A stretch of 41,425 bases of DNA from Candidatus Hodarchaeota archaeon. Its GTDB lineage: Archaea; Asgardarchaeota; Heimdallarchaeia; Hodarchaeales; Hodarchaeaceae. Positions 27,987-36,862 of this stretch are shown here, in pieces. A model generated the notes under the pieces. That model saw nothing but the letters and a program-made list of their open reading frames with translations, ran no database searches and was not told the DNA's origin. The translations under genes and the position numbers were made by a program. Each line of letters begins with the position of its first letter. The first letter of the stretch is position 1. Location of the stretch: NCBI GenBank assembly GCA_016840035.1, contig JAEOTC010000257.1, positions 1 through 41,425 of the forward strand, read 5' to 3'.

Positions 27987-28125
27987 TTCCTTGAATTCAC
28001 TGTAATTTGTACTTAAGAATTAGCCTCTGCAATTATTGAGAGGAGCTAGGTCTTAGTGCGCATAGTTCCCTTCACCAATGTTCCTTTTTATTTACTTCCT
28101 TATAGTTCGATTAATAGAATTCAAT

Positions 28126-29094
28126 TTAATCAGATTGAAGTTGGGAACCACAGGTTTCACAGAAATAATCATCTCTCAGAACCATTTCACCGCATTGGTC
28201 ACAATAGCGAAGGAAATCATTGATTTGAACATCAGGAACAGTTAAAAATTGTTCCAAGGAAGATTGTGCTTTTTCTCCAGCTCTTCTTCTAACTACAGCC
28301 ATGTCAATCGTTTCCAACTTTTTGAGAGGTTGTTTTAGAAGAATAGCCAGTTGACGTGCATTGGATGGGGCAGATCCGGCGGGGTGATTATTAAAATAGG
28401 TAAATATTTCCCTGGTCTGATCTTTTAGTGCCTCAATTTTGTCTTTCCATGTAAGTAACTCCTTCCGCGAGTATAAATAGCGATACCATATCTTCAAACC
28501 ATGACCATGTAAACGAATGTATGAAAAATCAGCTGTAACGGGGGTAATCGGGGGTAACAGTGGTTCATCCACGATACAAAACGCTACGTTATATTTGGAA
28601 AGTAAATTTACTGTTTGATCTAAATGCTTCACCCATGATCGTTCTCTAAACTCTACAGCTAATTTTAGTTCTGATGGCCAATGTTTAAGAAATACTGCGA
28701 GTGCTTGTCGGTTTTCGTCAGAGAATTTGGGTGGTAATTGAAGGAGAGCGGGACCTAATTTTTTCCTTAGTCCGCTGGTCATTGTGTTTAGGAATCGTTC
28801 AAGATCAGTGTGAAAATCTATCAGTTTTTTCTCATGTGTAATTAGTTTGGGGATCTTGAATGCAAAAAGAAAGTTTTCTGGGACATGCTTTTCCCAACGC
28901 CGCACCACCCCGAGTCGTGGAAAATGATAAAAGCTTGTGTTAATCTCTACCGTCGGAAAAACTTCACTATACCATGCAAGTCGTTGTTGTTCTGTTAGTA
29001 TCGAAGGATAAAAAGCGATTTTCGTTTTCTCGTTCCTTGCCTGCCAATCTGAATATCCAAACCCTGAAGTTCCAAGCAATATTTTGGCAGTCAT
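28126..29094 (-). CDS. DUF72 (YecE-like) TIM-barrel protein with PIP-like motif and C-terminal zinc ribbon
   Basis: GTSGFGYSDW, TVEINTSFY, FKIPKLITH, LLQLPP, VEFR, YIRLHG and YFNN, then QSSLEQFL and CDQC-x10-CETC. Confidence 0.92.
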   Translation of the reverse strand: MTAKILLGTSGFGYSDWQARNEKTKIAFYPSILTEQQRLAWYSEVFPTVEINTSFYHFPRLGVVRRWEKHVPENFLFAFKIPKLITHEKKLIDFHTDLERFLNTMTSGLRKKLGPALLQLPPKFSDENRQALAVFLKHWPSELKLAVEFRERSWVKHLDQTVNLLSKYNVAFCIVDEPLLPPITPVTADFSYIRLHGHGLKIWYRYLYSRKELLTWKDKIEALKDQTREIFTYFNNHPAGSAPSNARQLAILLKQPLKKLETIDMAVVRRRAGEKAQSSLEQFLTVPDVQINDFLRYCDQCGEMVLRDDYFCETCGSQLQSD

Positions 29095-29217
29095 TCACTT
29101 TATTCTCCTTTTGTTTATTCACTGTAGTTGTACCTAGTTCATATCTTGTCTACTTTCTTCTGGTCGGATCCCGTCAGATTTTGTCATTCGCTTTGAGGTG
29201 AAAGAGTGAACCTGAAA

Positions 29218-30003
29218 CTATCTTTTTCGTCTATTCTGTACAAATATTATGGTAGCTATGGACAATGTGAGTCCCAGTGTGTCTATAGGCGTTATATTCG
29301 GGTTTGTACTCGGTTCAGAATCAGTTGGAATTGAACTGTCTGTTTTCGTTGTGGTTGTTGAGGACTCCAACTGAGTTGTGTCTATCGATGGATTGAGGGA
29401 AACTTGATAGGCAATTCCCGCAAATCGATGGAGTAGTACTGAATATTCCCCTGCTGACTCATTTTCATAATGCCAAAATGCTATATCAATAGTATCGGAT
29501 AATTGAAGACCTAAATCCGCTAATAGGAAATAATATTCCACGGTACTATTTGTCGTAATATCAATCGCCACAGAATTTTGATAGTCAACATATTCGTGAT
29601 TTGTTTTATCATTAAGAAAACTCGATAAATTTCTACCTGGAAATATTGCTGAAAACGACCAAAAGGGGTGCGATTCATAAACAATTTGGTACATTAATAT
29701 GTAGACCTCATTAGATGGGGTACGGATTGTAATATTTCCTAATAAGGAATCCCAGTAGTCAAGTGGAGCTGCATAGTCAAGACGAATAAACAAAGTAGTC
29801 TCATTGGCTGCTACAAACCCTTTTTGAATATCTACCCAGTATTCCGGATGTATCTCATCGTCAACAAAGACGGGTGCTATTCCTTCCCAATCTGTAAAGT
29901 CACCATCTATATTGATTGTTACTCCACCACCCATACTTGGAAAAACTACGCTAATAACGATTAGAAGTAGTAATCCCAGAATTAAACTCCTTTGCTTTGT
30001 CAT
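29218..30003 (-). CDS. Secreted surface protein (DOMON/CBM9-like 'IDG..DW' domain) with Thr/Ser stalk and C-terminal anchor
   Basis: Signal peptide, INIDGDFTDWEGI, LFIRLD, T/S-rich linker, TM and RRKR. Confidence 0.7.
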   Translation of the reverse strand: MTKQRSLILGLLLLIVISVVFPSMGGGVTINIDGDFTDWEGIAPVFVDDEIHPEYWVDIQKGFVAANETTLFIRLDYAAPLDYWDSLLGNITIRTPSNEVYILMYQIVYESHPFWSFSAIFPGRNLSSFLNDKTNHEYVDYQNSVAIDITTNSTVEYYFLLADLGLQLSDTIDIAFWHYENESAGEYSVLLHRFAGIAYQVSLNPSIDTTQLESSTTTTKTDSSIPTDSEPSTNPNITPIDTLGLTLSIATIIFVQNRRKR

Positions 30004-30093
30004 GAATTTTCCTCCTGTCTTTCTACAGTATTCTGGTTAAAAAAGATTTAGATGACAGACCGACTTCACAATACATAGTACTGATTCCTCTCC

Positions 30094-30294
30094 TCAGCTC
30101 GTATTTTGAGCATGAAAGATTGACCCTGATACTGTTAATGCAAGACCAACTAGGCCATATACTATAACAGTAGCTAGCTCACGAACTTCAATAGGATCCA
30201 ATTGTGTAGAGTCTGCCCCAATTCTATTCGCAGCAAAAAGGGCAAATAGAAAGAAAAAAGCTCCAAGTATCCAACAAACTGTTTCTTTAATCAT
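30094..30294 (-). CDS. Small two-TM membrane protein
   Basis: Two hydrophobic helices; ATG 30294 preceded by GGTGAG (ORF extends to 30330). Confidence 0.55.
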   Translation of the reverse strand: MIKETVCWILGAFFFLFALFAANRIGADSTQLDPIEVRELATVIVYGLVGLALTVSGSIFHAQNTS

Positions 30295-30382
30295 AATTTT
30301 CTCACCAAGTGTGTTCACGACTTTCACCATCTTGTACCTTATTAAGCTTGATTTGACGGAACGTTGGTTTTACCAAAACAGC

Positions 30383-30400
30383 CATTTTCATCATTTTCAC
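30383..30400 (+). promoter_or_regulatory. Tandem ATTTTC (ANTTTC-type) boxes upstream of the PolB2 operon
   Basis: CATTTTCAT-CATTTTCAC, with hexamers at 30384-30389 and 30393-30398. Function is inferred by analogy only. Confidence 0.35.
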
Positions 30401-30461
30401 TGAAGTCTCAGACTCAGTATCATAGTCATTAGCACAGAGTGGTACAAGTAATTTGAGACAA

Positions 30462-31259
30462 ATGAGTACTGATACTAGTCCGTGGTCCTCGGCGTGGGAA
30501 TTGAAACAGAGGCCAAGATACAAATCAGGAGTGCTTGCAATAGATGCACTGATACCTGATGGAATGGTACAGGGTAGTTTAATCTTGATACAAGGTGATG
30601 TGGGCCGGAAATTACTCCGACATTTAGTAACAAAGCTCACCATAGGGCTTTTGACGATGAATAATCCATCAGAATTAGCTTTTATTGATGGAGAAAACAT
30701 CTTTCCTTATTATGACATATCATCAGAAGCACGAAGAAATGGATATGATCCGTTGACGATTCTCGACCGTATTCAATTATCTCGGGCTTTTAATTTTCAT
30801 CAGCTAACGGAAATTATTACTAAAAGACTTCCCAATCTCCTGGAAGTAAAGAAACAGTTGAAAATCGTTTTTGTACCGCAGATTTCATCACTCTACCTTT
30901 CTACGGAAGCATTAGAGTATTTAGAATATGCAAATCTGTCTCCAGCAGAGGGAGCATTAACGGAGCTAACGCAGGCAGTTGGTACTTTAAAGAGTCTGGC
31001 GTTACAAAATAATTTGGTGGTCATTATGACGGCGGCTAGCGCCACAGGATCGAAAACTAAAGGCTTGGGAGGAACGTACTTGACTCATTCGGCATCTTCG
31101 GTTATCAGAATGGCCTCCTCGGCTGAAAGCTCGGCTAAGGAGTTTGATCTTCATTTTTCATTACAAAAGGATCCAGCCCGACCTGCAATCCAATTGACAC
31201 ATTCACATCGGCGAAAAAAACCTGTTAATAGTCAAACATCACTTAATCGTTATTGGTGA
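30462..31259 (+). CDS. Inactivated RadA/RecA-like protein (iRadA, ImuA-analogous)
   Basis: RecA-fold landmarks SGVLAIDALIPDG, FIDGEN, IQLSRAFNFHQL and GGTYLTH. Walker A is degenerate (GDVGRKLL, no GKT) and Walker B lacks Asp. Confidence 0.85.
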   Translation: MSTDTSPWSSAWELKQRPRYKSGVLAIDALIPDGMVQGSLILIQGDVGRKLLRHLVTKLTIGLLTMNNPSELAFIDGENIFPYYDISSEARRNGYDPLTILDRIQLSRAFNFHQLTEIITKRLPNLLEVKKQLKIVFVPQISSLYLSTEALEYLEYANLSPAEGALTELTQAVGTLKSLALQNNLVVIMTAASATGSKTKGLGGTYLTHSASSVIRMASSAESSAKEFDLHFSLQKDPARPAIQLTHSHRRKKPVNSQTSLNRYW

Positions 31260-31263
31260 GAAC

Positions 31264-31530
31264 ATGGGACGTACATTACCCTCCTATCGAATGGTATTAG
31301 AGCATGAACGAGACCTTTGGATAAAGCATTTTGCTAAGCGGTTACGAGAACCATATCGTACCAGTTTTGACTATCTCTGGGAGAAGGCCTTTCAATTGGC
31401 AGATGCTGCTTCGGCAAACACACGACCAGTAGCATTAGATAACATTCTTATGAGTATGGTAGTGGCTCAACAAGCAGAAATTCAGCGGTTACAGAAAGAT
31501 CTTAGTACATTGCGAAAACAAATTGATTGA
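31264..31530 (+). CDS. Small PolB2-associated protein (arCOG07300/PPB2-like)
   Basis: Characteristic N-terminus MGRTLPSYR, helical body and coiled-coil C-terminus; lies between iRadA and PolB2. Confidence 0.8.
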   Translation: MGRTLPSYRMVLEHERDLWIKHFAKRLREPYRTSFDYLWEKAFQLADAASANTRPVALDNILMSMVVAQQAEIQRLQKDLSTLRKQID

Positions 31531-31540
31531 CTGGATAGTT

Positions 31541-33766
31541 ATGGTGACCCGACGTGCTTGGTTACATGATGTAGCGGCAACGGAATGGGGGGTAAATACA
31601 TATTGGATTACTTCAAAAGGGGGAATTAAAGCATTTTATCCGATGACGGTTGAGTTTTTCCTTGCGAAAACTGATCTGGAAACACAAAAACGTGTTCTAA
31701 GTCACCCCGAAGTCGAGGCAGTCGAAGAAGTCTCAAAATTTGTATCAATTCACGATTGGCAAGCCAGTCCAGTTCTCCGTGTGCGAGTCAATCCAACTAA
31801 GATACGGACAACCTTTGAGGATCTCCGTAAATACTGGGACAAGTACCTCTATAATGCAGATCTCAGTATTTATCAACAGTTTAGTTTCCAGACGGGACTA
31901 TTTCCATATGTGTATGCGAAAATTGAAGTGAAAAACGGACGATTACAAAAAAATTGGGAGCTCCTTGAGCACTATCTCCAAGCGGACTATCGAACAGTTC
32001 CCTTTCGTACCCTCTGGATGCAACCATTCTTTGAGGAACAGAATTTCTCACGAGGACAGATCCAGGAAATCCATATGCGTCAGTCGCTCAGTCAAGAAGA
32101 AGAACCAATTGTCTTTATCGAGGATACGGAAGCAGAGACAATTCGTGAGAGCATGATGTACCTCAACAAAATTGACCCTGATATCCTCTTTACATCAGGT
32201 GGGGACACTTTTCTACCGATCATTGCCCAGCGGGCCACCGATCTGGGAATTGGATACATTCATCCTGGCCGAGGGAGACGCAAACTCTATAGCTATGTCA
32301 AAAAACAGACCAAACCACGAGGACATAGTTATATGTCATACGGGAGAGTATATTTTTCACAGTATGGGGTTTATTTAGATGGCGGGAGGCATCATTACGA
32401 TGTAGGTAATTCCTTTATGTGGAAGGAAGGAGCTATCGATGGTATTCATGAACTTGTTCGATTAGGGTGCTCTGATCCACAACGAGTTGCAAGAGCAACA
32501 ATTGGAACCGCATTAACTGCTGTACAAATGCGAACGGCATATCGACGGAATATTCTGATTCCCGCTAGAAAAGCCGATAGTGAAGATTTTCGGCCCGCAT
32601 GGTCGATGATGAGTGATGTAGGAGGACTAGTGTTTTCTCCTCAAGTGGGTTTCCATCAAAACCTTGTAGAACTTGATTTTCTGTCTATGTACCCATCGAT
32701 AATGACGTATAGAAACGTAAGCCCTGATACAGTCAATTGTGGCTGTTGTAAACACGATCAGCAACAGCTTGTTCCTGGAACGGGTCATTATATTTGTACC
32801 CAACGCCCAGGTTTAGTTAGTTTAGCTTTGAAGAATATCCTCGATAGGAGGGCTTATTTCAAAAGTAAAAGAGATGTAGAATCGTATGATCGGCGTCAAA
32901 AAGTTCTTAAATGGCTACTTGTCACGAGTTTTGGCTACCAAGGGTACAGGAACTCCCGTTTTGGTCGTATCGAGGCACATGAGGCGATTTCTGCCTATGG
33001 CCGAGAAGCGTTAACTCGTACCAATCAAGTTGCTACTGAATTTGGGCTTGAAGTGGTTGCTGGGATTGTAGACTCGATTTGGTTAAAAAATCCTGATAAT
33101 ACTCCTATTGAACAATCAATTGTTGATAAAATCTGCCAAAAAATTCAAGATGAAGTCAAACTTCCCATCGAACATGCCGCTAACTATCATTGGATTGTTT
33201 TTCTTTCTAGACGTCATGAACCTACTATCGGAGTTCTTAATAGGTATTATGGCTTAAAAACTAATGGGTCTTATAAAATTCGCGGTATTGAGATACGTCA
33301 ATCCAGTAGTCCTCTATTTGTGAAGAAGCTCCAACGCCAACTGTTGAAGATTCTATCTGTAGCTCGTACTCCTGAGGAATTCAAAGAGTGTGCGCATAAA
33401 GCGAAGCGAGTCATGCGACGACATTTGATGGATTTGAAGGCAGGGAATATTCCATTGAGTGATCTTCTTGTGACAATTCGACCTTCACGCGGGCCTGACG
33501 AGTATGTGAGTAATACACGACAAGCTATTGCTTCTCGTCAATTAGCCAAAGCTGGAGTGAAGGTGGAAGCTGGTGTTAAACTTAGCTATCTTATTCTGGA
33601 TGCATATGCGTCTGATCCAACAGAGCGTGTCAAAGTCACTCAGCTCTTAACAGGTAAAGAGCAGTATGACTATCCGGAATATCGTAAACTGTGTATTCGC
33701 GCTTATGAGGGACTCATTCCCCCCGAATTAGAACAAAGGAAATTGACAATTGAAGAGTATCTCTGA
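31541..33766 (+). CDS. polB2: Family B DNA polymerase, group 2 (PolB2/Dpo2)
   Basis: Motif A ELDFLSMYPSIM, motif B RQKVLKWLLVTSFGY, RFGRIEAHEAI, altered motif C GIVDSIW (instead of YGDTDS), NRYYG and KIRGIEIR. No recognisable Exo I DxE motif. Alternative TTG start at 31523. Confidence 0.92.
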   Translation: MVTRRAWLHDVAATEWGVNTYWITSKGGIKAFYPMTVEFFLAKTDLETQKRVLSHPEVEAVEEVSKFVSIHDWQASPVLRVRVNPTKIRTTFEDLRKYWDKYLYNADLSIYQQFSFQTGLFPYVYAKIEVKNGRLQKNWELLEHYLQADYRTVPFRTLWMQPFFEEQNFSRGQIQEIHMRQSLSQEEEPIVFIEDTEAETIRESMMYLNKIDPDILFTSGGDTFLPIIAQRATDLGIGYIHPGRGRRKLYSYVKKQTKPRGHSYMSYGRVYFSQYGVYLDGGRHHYDVGNSFMWKEGAIDGIHELVRLGCSDPQRVARATIGTALTAVQMRTAYRRNILIPARKADSEDFRPAWSMMSDVGGLVFSPQVGFHQNLVELDFLSMYPSIMTYRNVSPDTVNCGCCKHDQQQLVPGTGHYICTQRPGLVSLALKNILDRRAYFKSKRDVESYDRRQKVLKWLLVTSFGYQGYRNSRFGRIEAHEAISAYGREALTRTNQVATEFGLEVVAGIVDSIWLKNPDNTPIEQSIVDKICQKIQDEVKLPIEHAANYHWIVFLSRRHEPTIGVLNRYYGLKTNGSYKIRGIEIRQSSSPLFVKKLQRQLLKILSVARTPEEFKECAHKAKRVMRRHLMDLKAGNIPLSDLLVTIRPSRGPDEYVSNTRQAIASRQLAKAGVKVEAGVKLSYLILDAYASDPTERVKVTQLLTGKEQYDYPEYRKLCIRAYEGLIPPELEQRKLTIEEYL

Positions 33767-33828
33767 AGTTAGACTTCATAAGGTTTTATAATGGGTATTT
33801 TTCCTTAAGTTTTCTTCAGGGATTATTC

Positions 33829-34845
33829 ATGAAACCGTCACTATCTCAATTCCAAGGATGTCTCATTGGACAGTGTTTAGGGGATGCCTTAGGGTTTCCT
33901 GTTGAAGGATATGGACCTGAATCATGTTCAACGTATGTAGAGGAAAATATTCGTCATCCCTCTGATAAAATATTAGGACGTGCCCATTACCCCTTTGGCC
34001 AGTATACGGATGACTCTCAGTTAGCAAGAGACCTTATTCGAAGCTATAATGAAAATGATGGACAATTTCGACCAGAAGATTATGCAAGGCGTATTGCAAC
34101 TATATTTGAAGAAAATCGGATTGTAGGAAGAGGATTAGCAACCCATCAAGCTGCAGAGAATTTGATAGCAGGAGCTTCATGGGAGGAGTCAGGTATTCCT
34201 CCGCCTAGTGCAGGGAATGGAAGTGCAATGCGAGCGGCTCCGGTTGGAATGTTTTTCTTTGATAATCCAAAACTTCTTACCAAGTGTGCTATTGATCAAG
34301 GTCGAATTACTCATACTGATCCTCGTTGTCATGCGGGAGCAGTGGCTATTGCTGGAGCTGTGGCTCTAGTATTATGTGAAGATGAAATAATTCCCTCAAA
34401 CTTCCTCACTGCATTGATAGACTATGTAAGACCAATTGACCCCACTTTGACTCAAGGGCTAGAAAAGCTTCACATTTGGTTGGATTGGGATTACAAGGAA
34501 GCGGTAAAAGTCGTAGGTCCATTTGGCCGAAAAGCGGGGTATGATGAGAGTTATTCCTGGAGGTATATATCACCTTATGTCATTAGTAGTGTTCTATGGA
34601 GCATTTATGCTTTTTTAAAAACCCCAGAATCATATATGGAAGCAATAATCACGTCTATAATAATTGGAGGAGATGTAGATACTACTGCGGCAATGACAGG
34701 TGCCATTAGTGGTGCATTTCTAGGAATAAAAGAAATTCCTCAAGAATGGGCTTCTCTGTTAACTGATCAAAATTCATGGGGTTATGAAGAACTCATGGAA
34801 ATAGCTACTAGCTGTTATAACATCAAAATGAGCGAAAATCGTTAA
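33829..34845 (+). CDS. ADP-ribosylglycohydrolase (DraG/ARH family)
   Basis: GDALG..VE, YTDDSQL, GNGSAMRAAP, THTD and GGDVDTTAAMTGAISGA; metal ligands intact. Confidence 0.93.
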   Translation: MKPSLSQFQGCLIGQCLGDALGFPVEGYGPESCSTYVEENIRHPSDKILGRAHYPFGQYTDDSQLARDLIRSYNENDGQFRPEDYARRIATIFEENRIVGRGLATHQAAENLIAGASWEESGIPPPSAGNGSAMRAAPVGMFFFDNPKLLTKCAIDQGRITHTDPRCHAGAVAIAGAVALVLCEDEIIPSNFLTALIDYVRPIDPTLTQGLEKLHIWLDWDYKEAVKVVGPFGRKAGYDESYSWRYISPYVISSVLWSIYAFLKTPESYMEAIITSIIIGGDVDTTAAMTGAISGAFLGIKEIPQEWASLLTDQNSWGYEELMEIATSCYNIKMSENR

Positions 34846-34940
34846 AATTCTTGTTTTTCCAGATTCTCCATTGGTTTTGAACATCGTAGAGGAAAGATAA
34901 TGAAAGAATACTGACATCTAATCATTTGAAGGGTTCTATT

Positions 34941-35807
34941 ATGGATAATCTACTAGAACTTAAGGGACATTCGAATTATGTCATTGACTTAGTTTTCACG
35001 CCTGATAATAGATTTTTGATTTCTGCTGGGATGGATAATCTAATCGTTTTCTGGGATCCAAAAGATTGGAGTAAAATCGGTGAATTATCCGGACATACAA
35101 AGAGTGTAAATGGTCTTTTAGTAACTGATGATAGTCAAGATCTGATATCCAGTTCGACTGATATGACAATAAAAATCTGGGAAATTTCAACAAAAAAGGA
35201 ACTAATGTCGTTTACTGGACATAAGAAAACTGTGAGTGAAATTGATTTATCACCTGATAATCAACATATAGCTTCAGGTTCTTATGATGCGACCATACGA
35301 TTATGGTCACTTTCGACAGGGAAGGAGGAAAGCATCTTGAAGGGTGAAAGAGCTCGACCACGCTTTTCTCCACAGGGAGATTTAGCGATTGGAGGGAAGA
35401 ATGGAATGATAAAGATCTATCAAATACCTGATTTACAGGTCCTAGAGGAATTCACTGCACACGAGCGATATGTGATGGATTTTATTTATACTAAGGATGG
35501 CCGTTACATAATTTCAAGTGGGTACGATAATAAGTTGAAAAAATGGAAGGTTGAAACACAGGAGGAAGTGTTTTCAATTGACTTGAAAACAAAAGGAGGA
35601 GTATACCCCCTCGCAATATCCCCCGATGGCAAGGAATTTACTATTGCTGGTGATTATAAACTTACGAGATACCTTACTGATTCTGGCGAATTGATTCAAG
35701 AAGTAGACTTAAAACCCAAGGGAAACTACTCCGTGAAGTATTCTCCTGATGGTCATCTCTTAGCTTTAGCTTCAGCTGATAAGTTGATTCGTATCTGGGA
35801 AGTATAA
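34941..35807 (+). CDS. WD40-repeat beta-propeller protein (about 7 blades, stand-alone)
   Basis: Repeated GH...V...SPD...S.S.D.TI.IW units; ATG 34941. Confidence 0.92.
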   Translation: MDNLLELKGHSNYVIDLVFTPDNRFLISAGMDNLIVFWDPKDWSKIGELSGHTKSVNGLLVTDDSQDLISSSTDMTIKIWEISTKKELMSFTGHKKTVSEIDLSPDNQHIASGSYDATIRLWSLSTGKEESILKGERARPRFSPQGDLAIGGKNGMIKIYQIPDLQVLEEFTAHERYVMDFIYTKDGRYIISSGYDNKLKKWKVETQEEVFSIDLKTKGGVYPLAISPDGKEFTIAGDYKLTRYLTDSGELIQEVDLKPKGNYSVKYSPDGHLLALASADKLIRIWEV

Positions 35808-35831
35808 GACTCTTCTAAACCCTATTAATGT

Positions 35832-36698
35832 TCATTCAAGGTTTTTGCTATAAAATACTGATTTACTACGCTGTGTAAGATTGAAAGTTTCTACTGTCTC
35901 GATGATCGGGTCATCTTCTTCAAGAGTGATACTTACATATTTCCGTCCTAGATTTTGTAATTTTGCTAAGGTAACTTCTATGATATCGTGGGTTGCCTTT
36001 GTATAATCGTTATCAACGACTATTAGATTCATTTCTGAATAAGCAGTATCTTCACGACTTGTAACAGCAGACATTGCAATTGGCTGGTTAGTATCATAAA
36101 GTACAGTTATAAGGTCAAAATCTACATCTTCATAAAAACTACTTAATTCTGACAAATTTTCCTTCTTGAACCGGACATCTTTTAAAGCTAAATCAAACAG
36201 GATGTTATTTGGAAGAGTGTCAACAGTTTTACTTTCAAATTGAGAGGTTGAAGTGTCAAATTCCGCGGTTTTGAGACTCCGAATATAGATAGGATAACCA
36301 AACGCAAAAGTAAACCCTTTCTCAAGGAAAAATTCGATTTGTGTTTTCCATTCTTCACGAAAGCGCTGTAGGAAACTTGTCCCATTCAAAGGTCCAGAGG
36401 CAAATCTAAATGTCCTTCTATATAGTTCTTCTCTAACTTCTCCCTCGTACTTTTTCTTTACCCACGGGTATCCAAATGGAATAAATTTCTCTCTTTTAAT
36501 ACAGCTCATATAACCGACTAATTTGCCAGCATCAAATGCAAATAATTTAGTACGAGGATCGAAATTCGAAGATTGAGCGAAATTCTTTTGACTTTTATTC
36601 GGCTTCCATGCCCAAGGTAAATCTTTCGTAATTTCTAACCAGAAGCTTTTCTGAAGTTCGAGATCTTCTTCCTCTTGATAGTTTCGATACGTAATCAT
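35832..36698 (-). CDS. Tandem GNAT-like acetyltransferase-fold protein
   Basis: MITYRNYQ start, 'LFAFDAGKLVGYM', 'PWVKKKY' and 'FFLEKGF', with a second degenerate half. Confidence 0.6.
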   Translation of the reverse strand: MITYRNYQEEEDLELQKSFWLEITKDLPWAWKPNKSQKNFAQSSNFDPRTKLFAFDAGKLVGYMSCIKREKFIPFGYPWVKKKYEGEVREELYRRTFRFASGPLNGTSFLQRFREEWKTQIEFFLEKGFTFAFGYPIYIRSLKTAEFDTSTSQFESKTVDTLPNNILFDLALKDVRFKKENLSELSSFYEDVDFDLITVLYDTNQPIAMSAVTSREDTAYSEMNLIVVDNDYTKATHDIIEVTLAKLQNLGRKYVSITLEEDDPIIETVETFNLTQRSKSVFYSKNLE

Positions 36699-36862
36699 TT
36701 GCCTATCCTATCCAATTTTAACCCGTCTATCCTCCCCTTCCTTTCCGAATTTATGTCTTTGCTTGTTCCACAATCAGAACAGGAAAAATCTTACTGTTCT
36801 AATGTGTATCCTAAAGAATAGAGTTGCAGACTAACTGAAGTAGGTTTATCTGGTTATTATGA

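Noticed and set aside
30302-30700. Minus-strand 132-aa ORF and other short overlapping ORFs in the track (e.g. 595..798, 12313..12708, 21235..21606)
   Set aside because: Antisense or out-of-frame shadows of well-supported genes, with no motif or RBS support.
30462-31259. Calling this the functional recombinase RadA or RadB
   Set aside because: It lacks the GxxxxGKT Walker A, the Walker B Asp and the N-terminal HhH domain.
31541-33766. PolB as a casposon/viral polymerase or a pseudogene
   Set aside because: The ORF is intact with PolB2-type motif variants and its usual partner genes; no Cas1, terminal inverted repeats or viral genes.
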